Counted from the first letter of the stretch, positions 1 through 14,259 are shown. The stretch is DNA of 64,000 bases from Eledone cirrhosa (GCA_964016885.1 OZ024741.1:285510001-285574000), one strand, 5' to 3'. Numbers and translations are program-made. Notes: generated by a model not told the origin, from the sequence alone.

Positions 1-59
1 GAAACATTGTTTCCTCGGTCCGATTTGACGAAAAGTCGATCGACTGTCTATATATATAG

Positions 60-197
60 AGAGAGAAAAAAAAGATGAAATCGAAAATGCAACTGGAGTC
101 TTTTTAAGAATATTTATTTGTTTCTTTTACCGGTTTCACAGTTCTTATGCTTTTTAAAAGTAGAATTGAGATGGAGGGTTTGTGGTTTTTCTCGCAT
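60..197 (-). mobile_element. PLE family B pseudo-LTR fragment
   Basis: Diverged match to 6001-6140 and 45468-45607 (gatgaaatcgaaaatgcaactggagtc...gagatggaggg); flanked by TA repeats. Confidence 0.8.
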
Positions 198-212
198 CAT
201 TATATATATATA

Positions 213-438
213 GTAATAATAATAAATTTGAAGACTAAAATCCAAAGAGGGCTCGATAAGGATAAATATATATCAAATATATAAGAACCGTAGAGCAAAT
301 ATTTCTTAAAATAACAGATTAAAGTTTAAGCAAAGAATCGCTGCTTTCCCCCTTAACGGGATCTTCTGAAACTCTGAGTTTCAGAAGATCCCGTTAAGGG
401 TGAAAGCAGCGATTCTTTGCTTAAACTTTAATCTGTTA

Positions 439-444
<6 letters not shown>
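213..444. mobile_element. Family A hairpin insertion (inverted arms 306-374 / 376-444, tail 213-305)
   Basis: Near-perfect 139-bp palindrome centred on 375, followed by (TA)n; family recurs at 3456-3570, 16611-16700, 17148-17613. Confidence 0.85.
377..427 (+). ncRNA. Hammerhead-like motif, U4A variant (family A)
   Basis: AGTTT-CAGAAGA-tCCC gttaa GGGt-GAAA-GCA..TGC-TT-AAACT; stems I, II, III all pair; same at 17542-17592. Confidence 0.55.
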
Positions 445-526
<82 letters not shown>

Positions 527-2135
527 TGTGTGTGTGTATATGTTTTAATTTTATTAAGGCTAGATAGTGTGTCTTGCCACTCTGAAGTTTCGCCTGCTTA
601 TCCAGTGTAAGAAGACTCACTATTTAGCCTTAATATAAATATTTAAAATATACTTCGGTGTTGTGTATTATATTCTATCAGCAGATATAGATATATAGAT
701 GTGTGTGTGTGTGCGTGTGTGTGTGTGCGTATTTGTATGCGTACATGTATTTGTGAATGAAATGTTTATCTCTATAAAGCGTTTGCGTATGTCTGATATT
801 AAAAACTAGATACACATTAAAAATATGTACACACTAAGTGGTATAGCCTGAAAAATACATAAACGCACACCTGCGTTGAAAATATACTTTTCGTTTTATT
901 ACAGCATTGGTCTCTAATGCAAAGCTCTGTAAACTTTACTTTTGGCCCCATACATGTCCCACAACAATAGTTTCAAATAATGTAATCTTTAAGATTTGGA
1001 ATATTTCCAAGCACTGTCTAACTTTCTAGTTGTTATAACTTCTACTTGCATCTTGGTGTATTGATAATTGGTAGTTAACCAATAATCGATATTGATTACA
1101 AGTTGGTCCAGCCCCCAGGATGTCAGTGTTTGTAATGCGAATACTGTTCCATATTCAAAATCTTGTGTAAATTTTTGAGCTGTAGGATATAGAATGAGAA
1201 TGCTATTAGAGACGTCTCGCAGCAATTTAGAAACATAGAATCACGTTGTTTTCTGTCTTCTTTGTTATATTATTGTGATGTGAGTGCTGTTTAATACAAT
1301 CAATTGCGCCTGTCGAGACGATTTTCAGCTTCTTAATTATAGTTATAAATATTTACAGCCTCTTCGTTTTGCCCTATGAATTTGTAGCCTTATAAGTATG
1401 TATAAATCAGTATTTACTACGTTTTGTGACAACGCAGCAAGTGACATTCCTTGTCAATGACACATGCATAAAAATACAAAACACGACACAATACAAAACA
1501 CGACACAATTACACAGCTGTTGTTATTAGAACTCTGATCAAATGTCTTCCACCTGTGACTCTCCCATTTTTCTTTATAACAAGAAATACAGTTTTCTATT
1601 TAAAAAGTAGGAAATTATTTGAGAAAGAATTGTCTGCTGTTTCTAGAAAGTCAAGTAACTAATTCAGGCACCATTATAAGCAGCTTGGTAAAAACCTGTC
1701 GTGGACTGGCGTCCTGTCTACGGTAGAGCTTTGAGCACTCAGTCCCTCAATGACAATGGGAGATATAAAAGAGAAATAGACCATGTGTGATGAGATGTCT
1801 GTGCAGAGTCGAATCCCGACTATTATGATCGAATCCTGAGCTGATTGATATCAAAACAATTGTCATATGCAATAAAGTTCATTTATAGTGCAACAAAGAA
1901 AATATTATAAACCATTATTTCACACGTGTTGTTAAATCTTTATTGTTTAAACTGTGCACTTAATATAAACCTACATGTACGCTGAAATGAGAGGAAAGTG
2001 CACAGAATTAAGTACGGAACGTCGGCCCACGCACTTCTAATACCCGATGCGCTACCACAATTATGATCTCACGGGTCTTAACCAGAAACATTCCGCTATA
2101 CACACACATGCACACACACACACACGCACACACAT

Positions 2136-2175
<40 letters not shown>

Positions 2176-2416
2176 TCAAGTAGGCTTAAAGTCCATCAAA
2201 AGAAGTTTGCCATTGTTTGAAACTAAGATTATTCTATATTAATGGAAGATACACACGTAAATATGTCTAGCAGCGCGGCCAAATTCATAAGTATTTTTAT
2301 CTCAAACTGTTGAAGAATCTAAAGAAATACTTCCTTGTGTATATATTTTTTATATTTTTTTATATTATGCTATAATTTCGTAGGAGGCTACATGGAAACA
2401 CACACGAACCCCTCCC

Positions 2417-2466
<50 letters not shown>

Positions 2467-2993
2467 TTTTGCGTGTGTCTGTGAGTATTTACTTATGATA
2501 TTTCCAATAAACAATATAACGTTCTTTTGTTCAATAACTTGAATGGACGGAAGATAAAATGACATGCATCCGACTTGTATTCTTCCACTGAACCAAGCTG
2601 ATACGATTGTACATATCATTTTCTGCGCAAACATCTATATTCTACCAATAATACATAAGCGGTGCGATAGGAAAATCTACTTTTCTTTCAGAAGACACCG
2701 AAAGAATTGGAAAATTCGAACCTTTTATTTTATATATTCGGTGTTTCCAATAGGCGAGCTGTAGTGGATTTAGTACGCACTTTAATATATAGTTAATATA
2801 TATACATATATATATATATTCGATTCTTAGTCTTAGCTTTAGTGCTCATTCTTGTCTTTATTCATTATACAATTCTGTGTGTATGTATATGCATTATATA
2901 ATGTGTGTGTATATATATATATATATACACATATATGAGTGTGTATATGTAGGTATGTATATATGTATATATATATATATATATACACACACA

Positions 2994-3106
<113 letters not shown>

Positions 3107-3153
3107 GCGTGTGTGTGTGTGTGTGTGTGTGTATAGAGAAAGAGAATCAGAAT

Positions 3154-3353
3154 NNNNNNNNNNNNNNNNNNNNNNNNNNNNNNNNNNNNNNNNNNNNNNN
3201 NNNNNNNNNNNNNNNNNNNNNNNNNNNNNNNNNNNNNNNNNNNNNNNNNNNNNNNNNNNNNNNNNNNNNNNNNNNNNNNNNNNNNNNNNNNNNNNNNNNN
3301 NNNNNNNNNNNNNNNNNNNNNNNNNNNNNNNNNNNNNNNNNNNNNNNNNNNNN
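3154..3353. other. Assembly gap (200 N)
   Basis: Run of n. Confidence 1.
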
Positions 3354-3955
3354 TGCGAAGAAAATCAATACTTTATCGTGAAATAAATACTTTTCTTTAT
3401 ATTTTGTTATTGTGTATGCCAAAACTATCTTTACACGAATATCTATATATATATATTAAAATAACAGATTAAAGTTTAAGCAAAGAATCGCTGCTTTCAC
3501 CCTTAACGGGAGCTTCTGAAACTAGAAAAATCAATCTAATAACGCAGAAGTAAATATTTCGAAAAACGTATATATGTATACACACACACACACACAGCGT
3601 CATAATGTCGTAATGCAGACAGCCAGACATACAGACAGATATTATAAAGGCGCAACGTTATATCTATGTATCTATCTAAAAAGAAAGACTAAGAATTATA
3701 GAGAGAGATCGCTAAAAACGCCTAATGCGGTCCCTAGGGCATTGAAAATTTGAAATACCTTTTGCTTAAAACACTCACACGTCCATAAGTATTACATGTG
3801 TAAAGTTTGAAAACAATCGGTTTGGTGGTTCTCAAGTTTTAGGGAGTCAGACAGACAGACAGACAGACATTCTCTGTTTTAGATATACAGATGATGTTTC
3901 AAATAATCAAATTTAAAATTGCATATATTTCATAGACGTTATTAAATAAGAAATG

Positions 3956-4147
3956 GGCGGTGGATTGGCAGTATCGGTAGAGGGTCGGACGCCATGCTTT
4001 CCAGCATAGTTACGTCCCTTTACAATCTGATTTCAAATCCTGTCGAGGTTAACTTTGCCTTTCATCCTTACGGGGGTCGATAAAATAAAGTACCAGTAAT
4101 GCACTGGGTACTTGCTGGCCTTGTGCCAAAAAGTAGAGACAGTTATT
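3956..4147 (+). mobile_element. tRNA-derived SINE (major family)
   Basis: A-box-like TGGCAGTATCGG, B-box-like TTCAAATCC, core aactttgcctttcatccttacggggtcgataaaataaagtaccag resembling the MetaSINE domain; >10 copies in window. Confidence 0.85.
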
Positions 4148-4448
4148 AAATAAGAAATTAAACAGCATCAATTATATTTTTACAGGGCCTTATAAATGTC
4201 TGATACGTTGCCGTGTGGTGCACGTTCCAGTTTTCTAGGCTCTGAGTTCAAAACCAGCCAAGGTCAACTTTGCCTTTTCTCCCTCCACTCTCTCTCTCTC
4301 TGTATTTCAGAAAGAAATTGTTGCAAACGATGGCACCCCTACAACTCCACCAGGAGTGTGCATACACATATACATGACAACTTTTAGGAGATGAATCCTT
4401 CGTATTGAAATACAATGTACCTATTTATTATTATAAGTTTATATAATA

Positions 4449-5375
4449 CTAGCAGTAAAGCCCGGCGTTGCTCGGGGTCGCTCAGTAGCTGTGTTAAAGT
4501 TACAATGTTAAGTTTCTTTCTTGGCTTAAAAACTGTAGTGTCTACTGTGCAGACTTGCATGTGGTGTTTTTGATTAATATTCCCTCAACCAACAATATGC
4601 CTTATGAAGTTAAGAAAACATAACGATAACCCGAATGTTATAACAAAAGAGGATGCTGGGGATAGAAACTGCACTGGTTATTTATTAACAAAGATCGAAA
4701 ATGTAAACACTGCAACGCAGAGAAAAACATTAGCGTAACCAAATTATCAGTTATGTCTGTCTGCACGACTGTCTGTCTGCACGCCTATATCACCTCTCTG
4801 CACGACTGTCTGTCTGCACGCCTATATCACCTCTCTGCACGACTGTCTGTCTGCACGCGTATATCACCTCTCTGCACGACTGTCTGTCTGCACGACTGTC
4901 TGTCTGCACGCCTAACGACGAAATATTTGCTTGTTTTACGTAGTCTTTAAATAGACTTGTTTTCAAGTAAAAATATTGTTTTAAAATGCTTTTAAATGGA
5001 AATGAAGCAAAACGGAAGCTTAGTATTCGAACTGATGAATTTTGCAGGTCAATATTTTGCTGGCTCGACAACTGTTCGTGTATTGTGTTAATGTCATTTT
5101 AAACGCTGAGAAAGCCAGCGTAATTTTTTACGTAAGACGCTCAATGTAAACAGAACAAAGGGAAATAACTGATAACTTACGCTCAAAAATCGATACATTA
5201 TATTCGATTTCGTCAGATAGGGCGGGTCAATTTGAAATATTTTTTTTCCGATGTCTTCGCTAGGGCTCAATGTACAAGTATAGCAATTTCGGTGCAATTC
5301 CGTGAGAGATTCTAAGAGGATACGTGTGCCAAAAATCGATAGACAGACAGACAACCACAGTTTTATATATATAGA
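4449..5375 (-). mobile_element. Non-autonomous Helitron, copy 1
   Basis: Minus strand begins TC, ends with hairpin ccgagcaacgccggg + CTAG, inserted between A and T with no TSD; internal ~37-bp minisatellite; near-identical to 36402-37290. Confidence 0.85.
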
Positions 5376-5884
5376 TTGAAGTTTACTTCATTTTAATGAA
5401 ACTAACTATTGGAGAGGGATGGCTTCTGCCCAGCTTAAAATGACTATGACACGCCGTATATCACTACGGTGCCACTACGAATTAATCAGGAGTTACGGGA
5501 CAAAAACATACCAATAAATATAACTATAGCACTAAGGTTAATCTTATCACTTTGAAATGAGAATAACGTTAACGATATTGACCAAATTAATCGTGTGGAA
5601 TGCTTAATTCAAGAAATCACAGGAATTATAAATATAATCTATTGATCACTATTCATAAAAATATGGAACATTTCATGTATATATATAAATATATACAGCT
5701 TTCACAATGAACAGCTTTATAACTTGAGAAGATTATAATTCACATATACGTACACACACATACATACACGCGCGCACATACACACACACACACACACACG
5801 TGCACACACACATATATCACTTGGACCAGCATATCTTCGTGAAATTACAGTGTAACATTTAAATATAAACACCTTGATTTCTGC

Positions 5885-5936
<52 letters not shown>

Positions 5937-6649
5937 TTGAGGTTTTTTTTACAAATTGAAAAATAACCGAGGTGTCCTACACGAGTGAAAGTATAAAGAA
6001 AAAGAGATGAAATCGAAAATGCAACTGGAGTCTTATTTTTTTAAAAAATATATATATTTATATGGTTCCTTTATCGGTTTCGCAGTTCTTCTGCTTTTCA
6101 AAAGGTGAGTTGAGATGGAGGGTCAGTGGTTTTTCTCACGTCTGGTTGGTCTCTGAATGTTACTTGTTTTATATGGAAAAAGTGGCTCGAAAACCAGGTT
6201 TTTCGAGAAGTAATTTGATTGGTTTGTCAATAATTATAATAAATTTCGCGCCAGTTCGCGTTACAATAGTTCTTCAAATAAGAGAGAGGGGGGGGGGGGT
6301 TGTCACAGGTTGTTTTTTCATATATGAGTGTTTGAATTTCTTTTTACTTGAAAAAAGGAGGCTCACGAAGGCTTTTTTTTGGTTGGTTATAAATGAAATT
6401 TGGCTGTCACGTGAACAAGTTTTCATTACATTTTTGCGCCCTTATTTGGAAAACTATTCTGTAGTCTTTATAGTGAATGTTATGACAATGGAGAGATAGT
6501 GGTCAAGAGAAAAGGGATTGGGAGAAATGTTCTGGTTCAGTGAATATGGCCAGCTCGCCGGGGTGTCAGAGTTCAGATTTTCTATTGAAGTGAAGATATG
6601 TACGTTTATTTGTGTGCTTGTGTGTGTGTATGTGTATGTGTGTGTGTAT

Positions 6650-6719
<70 letters not shown>

Positions 6720-7197
6720 ATTGGAAGATGATTCTATTAGTAGAGATGGGGGAGGGAGTTGTGTGTGTGTGTATATGGGTGTTATGTGTGTGTGTTTGAG
6801 TATGTTAAGATGGAGTGAATATATATTTTGTGTGTGTGTATATATATATATGTGTGTAGGAAAGTGGTTCTATTAGTAGAAATGGGGAGGGAGTTGTAGG
6901 TGTGGGGGTTGTTATGTGTGTGTATGGGTGTTATGTGTGTGGGAGTATGGTGAGCATGTTAAGATGAAGAGAATATATATATATATTGTGTGTGTGTGTA
7001 TGTGTGTGTGTAGGAAAGTGATTCCTTTACTAGGAATATTTTTGAATGAACATATTTTCCTTACTTTTTCGTGTTTGCTGTTGTATTGCCAGTGCAAACG
7101 TATGTTAAGGTTTATTTAGTTCGGGTTTTTATTTTCTAAAGTAGAAGCTGTTATGTGTGTGTGTGTATGTCATATTGTGGTGTTGACATAATGTATA

Positions 7198-7713
7198 TTA
7201 AACCTTATTTAATGTTGGTCTATATTTTTGAATAAACATATTTTCCTTATTTATTCGCATTTGTTCTGTTGTATTGTTAGCGCAAAGGTAAAATGGGAAG
7301 ACTTGGAATTTGGGTGTCTTATTACTTGCGCAAATGTCTAGATGTGCACTTAGTGGTATCTGTCTCGTGGTTGGATCTCGTAATTGTTGGCGATGAACTG
7401 TCATTCTGTTTCTGAGTGTGAGTTTAGTTTGTCCTATATAATCTTCATTGCATCCTTTACATTTAATGGCATAAACTAGATTTTTTGATGAGCAAGTGAA
7501 GTGATTTTTTACAGTAAAATTTTGTCCTGATTTAAATGTATACGTGTTGCCTTCAATGAGGTGAGTGCAGGTTCCACAATTAGAGCGATCACATTTTTTG
7601 ATACTTGGTTGTGGGTTTGTGGTAGGTAATTTGGCATTGGTGAGTAATGTTTTCAGTGATTTTGGTTGTCTTTTGCTCTTGATTATTTTGTGTGTTACAA
7701 GGGCTTTTTTCAT
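7198..7713 (-). pseudogene. PLE C-terminal GIY-YIG endonuclease with Cys-rich linker (Neptune-like)
   Basis: KCDRSNCGTC linker, NLVYAIKCKGCNEDYIGQT..R...H, E..FI...P.LN. Confidence 0.9.
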
Positions 7714-7988
7714 TCTTGGGTTTTGTTTTAGTAGTGGGATGTTATTGTGAATAGTGTTGTAAGCTTCCGCATTTCTTGGGTTGTGTGTTGAGATATATGA
7801 TAGAATATTGGACGTACCTTGAATTTGTTTCTGTTTCCGTAATTCATCAATGCCTATTGCTTTAGCCCTTTCTATTCCATTATTTATTAGTAATAGTGGG
7901 TACTCTCTCTCGAGTAGAATTTCCTTTAATTCTTGAAGTCTTTTATTTCGCGTTTCATAATTGGAGACAATTGTGCAAATTCTTCTTG

Positions 7989-8704
7989 CTAGGTTAAAAG
8001 GAATGTTCGTCTTCGTGTGCTTTGGATGGTTGGAGGTGAATAGCAGATATTGTTTGGAATCTGTTGGTTTGTAGTGTATGTCAGTTTCGATATTTGTGTC
8101 TTTTTTGTGATTAAGATGTCCAGAAATGGGAGTTGATCTTGGCTGTATTCCATTGTGAATTGGATGTGGTTATTGATGCCGTTTATTAAGTTTTTGAAAT
8201 CCTTCAGTTGGTCGAGAGTGTGGGACCAAAGAATGAGGCAATCATCCAAGTAGCGTTTCCAATTCTCTGATAAATATTTGTGGAAGTTCAATCCGTATTT
8301 TGATTTGGACTGTTCATATATCTGGACTTCTAAGTATGCCATGACTAAGTTGGCATAAGTTGGAGCGGCTTTTGTACCATCGCAGTCCCCGATATTTGCT
8401 TGTAAGTATTGCCATCGAAATCAAAAAAGTTGTTCTGTAGGATGAATTTTAATCCCTCGGTGATGAAGCTTTTTTCTATTCTGTCAGGTATTTCATTGGG
8501 ATATTTCTCTAGCCAGAATCCTATTGCTTCTAGTCCGTATTGGTGTGGGATCGTTGTGTAGATATTCACTACATCGAAAGACACAATAATAGTGTCGTTG
8601 TTGACATGTTTGGGGAGGTGGTTTAAGAGGTCCAGATCGTCTCTTACAAGGCTTGGTATGTGTTTCAGTATTGGTTTCAGTAGTATGTCTATAAAGTTGC
8701 TCAA
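7989..8704 (-). pseudogene. PLE reverse transcriptase (frameshifted)
   Basis: VSFDVVNIYTTIP, NFFDFDG..YKQISGTAM, WKRYLDD, FTME...LPFLDILI. Confidence 0.9.
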
Positions 8705-9147
8705 TAAAGTTGCTCAATGAACCAGAATATTTCTTCCAATCCCTTTTCTCTTGACCACTATCTCTCCATTGTCATAACATTCACTAGAAAGACTACAGAA
8801 TAGTTTTCCAAATAAGGGCGCAAAAATGTAATGAAAACTTGTTCACGTGACAGCCAAATTTCATTTATAACCAACCAAAAAAAAGCCTTCGTGAACCTCC
8901 TTTTTTCAAGTAAAAAGAAATTCAAACACTCATATATGAAAAAACAACCTGTGACCCCCCCCCCCCTCTCTTATTTGAAAAACTATTGTAACGCGAACTG
9001 GCGCGAAATTTATTATAATTATTGACAAACCAATCAAATTACTTCTCGAAAAACCTGGCATTTCGAGCCACTTTTTCCATATAAAACAAGTAACATTCAG
9101 AGACCAACCAGATGTGAGAAAAACCACAGACCCTCCATCTCAACCCA

Positions 9148-9185
9148 CCTTTTGAAAAGCAGAAGAACTGCGAAACCGGTAAAGG
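9148..9185 (+). ncRNA. Minimal type I hammerhead, U3-A8 variant (family B pLTR)
   Basis: CCTT-TTGAAAA-GCAG aagaa CTGC-GAAAC CG GTA-AAGG; intact minus copy 45537-45574, mutated copies 6068-6105 and 45642-45679. Confidence 0.7.
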
Positions 9186-9277
9186 AACCAAATAAATATA
9201 TATATTTAAAAAAAAATAAGACTCCAGTTGCATTTTCGATTTTATCCCTTTTTCTTTATATATATATATATATATAT

Positions 9278-9352
9278 ATTAAAACTTTTATACTCTGCTA
9301 TGTATTGAGTACTTTACTTACTGTGGTTACCTCCGATTCAACCCGGAATAAC
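9278..9352 (+). mobile_element. Family D tail fragment
   Basis: Matches 12325-12400 and reverse complement of 18582-18658. Confidence 0.75.
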
Positions 9353-9427
<75 letters not shown>

Positions 9428-9441
9428 CATAGATATATATA

Positions 9442-10279
<838 letters not shown>

Positions 10280-10373
10280 ATATATATATATATATATATA
10301 TATATTATGGAGTGCTGTTGGCTTTTCACTGCAGTGTTTTCTATACCTTTCATATATATATATATATATATAC

Positions 10374-10416
<43 letters not shown>

Positions 10417-10452
10417 TATATACATATATATATATTATATATATATATATAT

Positions 10453-10571
10453 ATAGTTATGTAATAAACAACATAAGGCAATTATTGTTGTTTATTACAT
10501 AACTATTAAGCTCTGTTACCTACATAGAGCACTCTTTTATCCTGGACTTTTCCGACGGAATTACTTCATTT
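10453..10571. mobile_element. Family H mini-hairpin plus tail
   Basis: Arms 10453-10473 / 10486-10506; tail resembles 23804-23870. Confidence 0.6.
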
Positions 10572-10689
10572 ATATATATATATATATATATAATATATAT
10601 ATATAATATATATATATAATATATATATATATAATATATATATAATATATGCGCTGTGATCTATCTGGTTCCATACCACATTTCCTTCG

Positions 10690-10729
<40 letters not shown>

Positions 10730-11504
10730 ATATACGTGCTGCGTGGTTGCAAATGGGTTACATATGAATAAAGTTAGTCCTTCATCAGTGATCTTCCAAC
10801 CATATTTTTTCATATAACACTCTCTCCGTAAGTTCATTAAATAAATCTCGCTATCTTAACCATTAATTTTTTAATAATTTTTAATAATTTATTTTTCAAT
10901 TTATCATTTTGCAATTTAATACTTTTTAATTTAATTTAATTTCATCCTATAAATCGTAACATAAGTTTAACGTTCCAATTGTCGGTTCACATATTAGACC
11001 ATACAGACACCCATTATATATGCCTGTCGATAAAATAAAGTACCAGTAATGCACTGGGTAATTGCTGGCCTTGTGCCTAAAGTAGAAACAATTATATATG
11101 CCTTTGTTAAATATAGATTCTTTGGAGTAGCATTTTTCGCGACCTGAATGTAGCGTGACCCTTACGCTGACTTCTTTCTTCCTTCTTCCTTTCTTTCTTT
11201 CTTCCCCTTTTTCTTTGACGGAGAGGTGGTAGTGCATTATAAGCCTTCGCCCCCTCACCAGATGGTCATTAGCAGATTCAGTTGCCATCACTTTGAGGGC
11301 GACTGGCCGAGGTAAAGGCAGCTAATTGGTCAGTCGTCTTCTTTGTCTCTGTCTCTGATTTTTCGGACCCATGTTTTTTTACATATTCCTTTGTTATATT
11401 CCAATACCTGATGATATCACCGGATTCATATGGAACCCGGTCATTGAAATGATCATAGTATAATAAACCTTTCAAGGATTTACACCAGTCCAGCCTCCTG
11501 TTAT

Positions 11505-11549
<45 letters not shown>

Positions 11550-12064
11550 GGTGTTGGATGCTTAAAGCGTCCGTATGCGGTAGGCCGTATGAGCACTCGA
11601 TGCCCTCATAGAGCAGAGTATGATATCACAGAAAAAAGAGAATCAGTGTTGCGACAAAAGAAATTTATTTATTGGACATATTACAATAGTTTCTCTGGCG
11701 ACCACCTCGGGGCACGATCGATATGGTGATCAAACCTCACTCTAAAATCTGGCGGTCCTCGGGTACGTCTCGATTCTACAAAGCAGATTTTCCTATTGTC
11801 CTTTAACATCGAATTCCTTCGTTTGTTGATTTAGATCCTGTTGTTGTCATTCCATGAGTGATCAAGAATTGCATACGTCATCGGTATTTCTAGCCACTCA
11901 TGGTTGCCCACCTCTTGCTTCCTCTCGTTCTCCATCTGTCAATCAACATTTCTTCATATATCAGAATTACTACTGTGGTGGGTAAGGGGCTGTAATCTTG
12001 AACAGCTGGCTTCACATCGACGTCTTCATTGCCCCTAGGGACAATGAAGAAGTCGGAGTGATAG

Positions 12065-12167
<103 letters not shown>

Positions 12168-12178
12168 CACACACACAC

Positions 12179-12212
<34 letters not shown>

Positions 12213-12219
<7 letters not shown>

Positions 12220-12400
12220 TGAGATTCTACAGGACTAGAACAGTTTCATTCTTTAGAAATCATCAGGGATCCCTGATGATTTCTAAAGAGTGAAACTGTT
12301 CTAGTCCTGTAGAATCTCATCTATATTAAAACTTTTATACTCTGCTATATATTGAGTACCTACTTACTGTGGTTACCTCCGATTCAACTCAGAATAACGT
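12213..12400. mobile_element. Family D hairpin (centre GGGATCCC, 12269/12270) with HHR core and tail
   Basis: 57-bp arms; CTGATGA-tttc taaa gagt-GAAAC tg ttc ta GTC at 12273-12306. Confidence 0.85.
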
Positions 12401-13030
12401 ATATATATATATACATTTATTTATGGCAATATATAAATTGAAAACGACGAGAGGAAACATAAACACATGCAATATACACACATACGCTCACTCAGTCTCA
12501 CCTTCCCTTTCTATCACACACATATTTTTTATTCTTTGAAAACACGCCTATTAATCTAATGCCCGTTAATGTATTAGCGATTTCATCAATATTCTAATAA
12601 TTATTAAAACGTTTACTAACAACAGCATAAATCATTGTTTTTCGTTGCCATTACCTGCTTTATTATCGTGTGTAGTAACAACTCTCTCTACCTATCTATC
12701 TTTAACACACACTCTATCGGTCAATCTATTGTTCTCTGAATAACAATACCACTAAAAACCACCTATGAATTTAGTAAAAGTCTTTCTTTGAAATTTGAGT
12801 TGCGTTGAAGGACATGCCGAAACAGCCCCATGGACACAGATGCACACAGAGAAATACACGAAGAGAAAAAAACTCCACATTCTTTTCAATTGTTCACACG
12901 TTAGGTTTTAGTTAGTTAGAGAGAGGTGGTGTGAGTGAGATGTGGAGTAGCATTTCCCTCTCTCTATATATATATGGAGCATGATGGGCGGACTGACAGA
13001 TATGGCTCTTATAGATTGTTATTATTGTTC

Positions 13031-13331
13031 TAACTTTGCCTTTCATCCTTACGGGGTCGATAAAATAAAGTACCAGTAATGTACTGGAATAATTGCTGGC
13101 CTTGTGCCAAAAGTAGAAACAATTATTGTTCTATTACTAAGGGCGGTGGATTGGCAGTATCAGTAGAGAGTCGGACTCTATGCTTTCCAGCATAGTTACG
13201 TCCCTTTACGATCTGAGTTCAAATCCCGCCGAGGTTGACTTTGCCTTTCATCCTTACGGGGTCGATAAAATAAAGTACCAGTAATGCACTGGGTAATTGC
13301 TGGCCTTGTGCCTAAAGTATAAACAATTATT
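13031..13331 (+). mobile_element. Two tandem SINE copies (partial 13031-13127; full 13141-13331)
   Basis: Same core as 3956-4147, followed by (ACT)n. Confidence 0.85.
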
Positions 13332-13338
13332 GTTCTAT

Positions 13339-13393
<55 letters not shown>

Positions 13394-14180
13394 GGACTAG
13401 CATAAGGTTTCCCTGCTAGTACCGCTTGCATCTCAGCGTACGCAATAGCTAAGGTTATGTAAAAATCCCTGAGTAGACAAAGTTAATTGCCACAATACAA
13501 CATATGGAAATGGGTACCATAAATCGATACCCGTACTCGAGTTTCGGCCACACTTAATGCAGCAAGAGAGCGTACAGTATCCATTGTCTGCATTTATTAT
13601 GTAACAATGCATAATCAGCGCATGTGGCTTCATCAGCGGATCTGGCCTAATCAATAACCAATCAATCGATATAATTCAATTCCAGTTGTGCTGCGACAAG
13701 TGACACAATAGTGCATTAGTAACTGAAATCCCTACGTATCATCAAAATACCGTCAACCGATTGGCCACTGGTTCAGAAATTTACGTGATGGTAGGAGGCG
13801 AGATTCTATTCTTCGGCCCCTCCATAACTACTCAAACAACATATCTCAAGTCAAACACAAATTAACAAGTGAGTGAAAAAGAAGCGATTATTAGAAAAAA
13901 TCTGTCTCGAGTCGCTGTACAATAGAATGGCAGCATTCGGCTCTAGTCTCCAAGTACCATGACGAAAACGGTGCGATAGTAAACAATGGTAGTGCCTAAA
14001 ACCTTTCCGGACATTAAATGCCAACAGGCAATGAGACAACGATATCAAATTAGCAGAAAATTAGAATTTTGGATATTTCGACCAACCACGTGCGTAACAC
14101 CGATTTCACAATTTGTACGAATCAATAGGTGAGTGAGAGAGAAAGATAGAACATGTATTAGAGCGTATATAAAACAAAAC

Positions 14181-14259
<79 letters not shown>

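Larger units (their letters stand above)
5932..9257 (-). mobile_element. 5'-truncated Penelope-like retroelement (family B) with 3' pLTR and inverted 5' pLTR (8718-9257)
   Basis: RT and GIY-YIG ORF fragments; 8718-9257 is the reverse complement of ~5993-6539; both ends abut (TA)n. Confidence 0.92.

Noticed and set aside
306-444. Hairpins as MITEs or pre-miRNAs
   Set aside because: Arms are asymmetric (one-sided tail), axes vary between copies of a family, and two families link to PLE ORFs.
3956-4045. tRNA gene-like A/B boxes
   Set aside because: No cloverleaf; always fused to the SINE body and multi-copy.
4755-4912. Regular ~37-bp repeats resembling a CRISPR array
   Set aside because: No unique spacers, no cas genes, eukaryotic context; it is a Helitron-internal minisatellite.
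10735-10800. Further CTGANGA-type matches (here; also ~575-620, 22440-22480, 44622-44645, 47280-47320, 55238-55275)
   Set aside because: Core or stems too degenerate to call individually; probably decayed members of the same class.
13395-14170. Possible older Helitron-like element beginning actagca
   Set aside because: Single copy here; termini and hairpin not clear enough.
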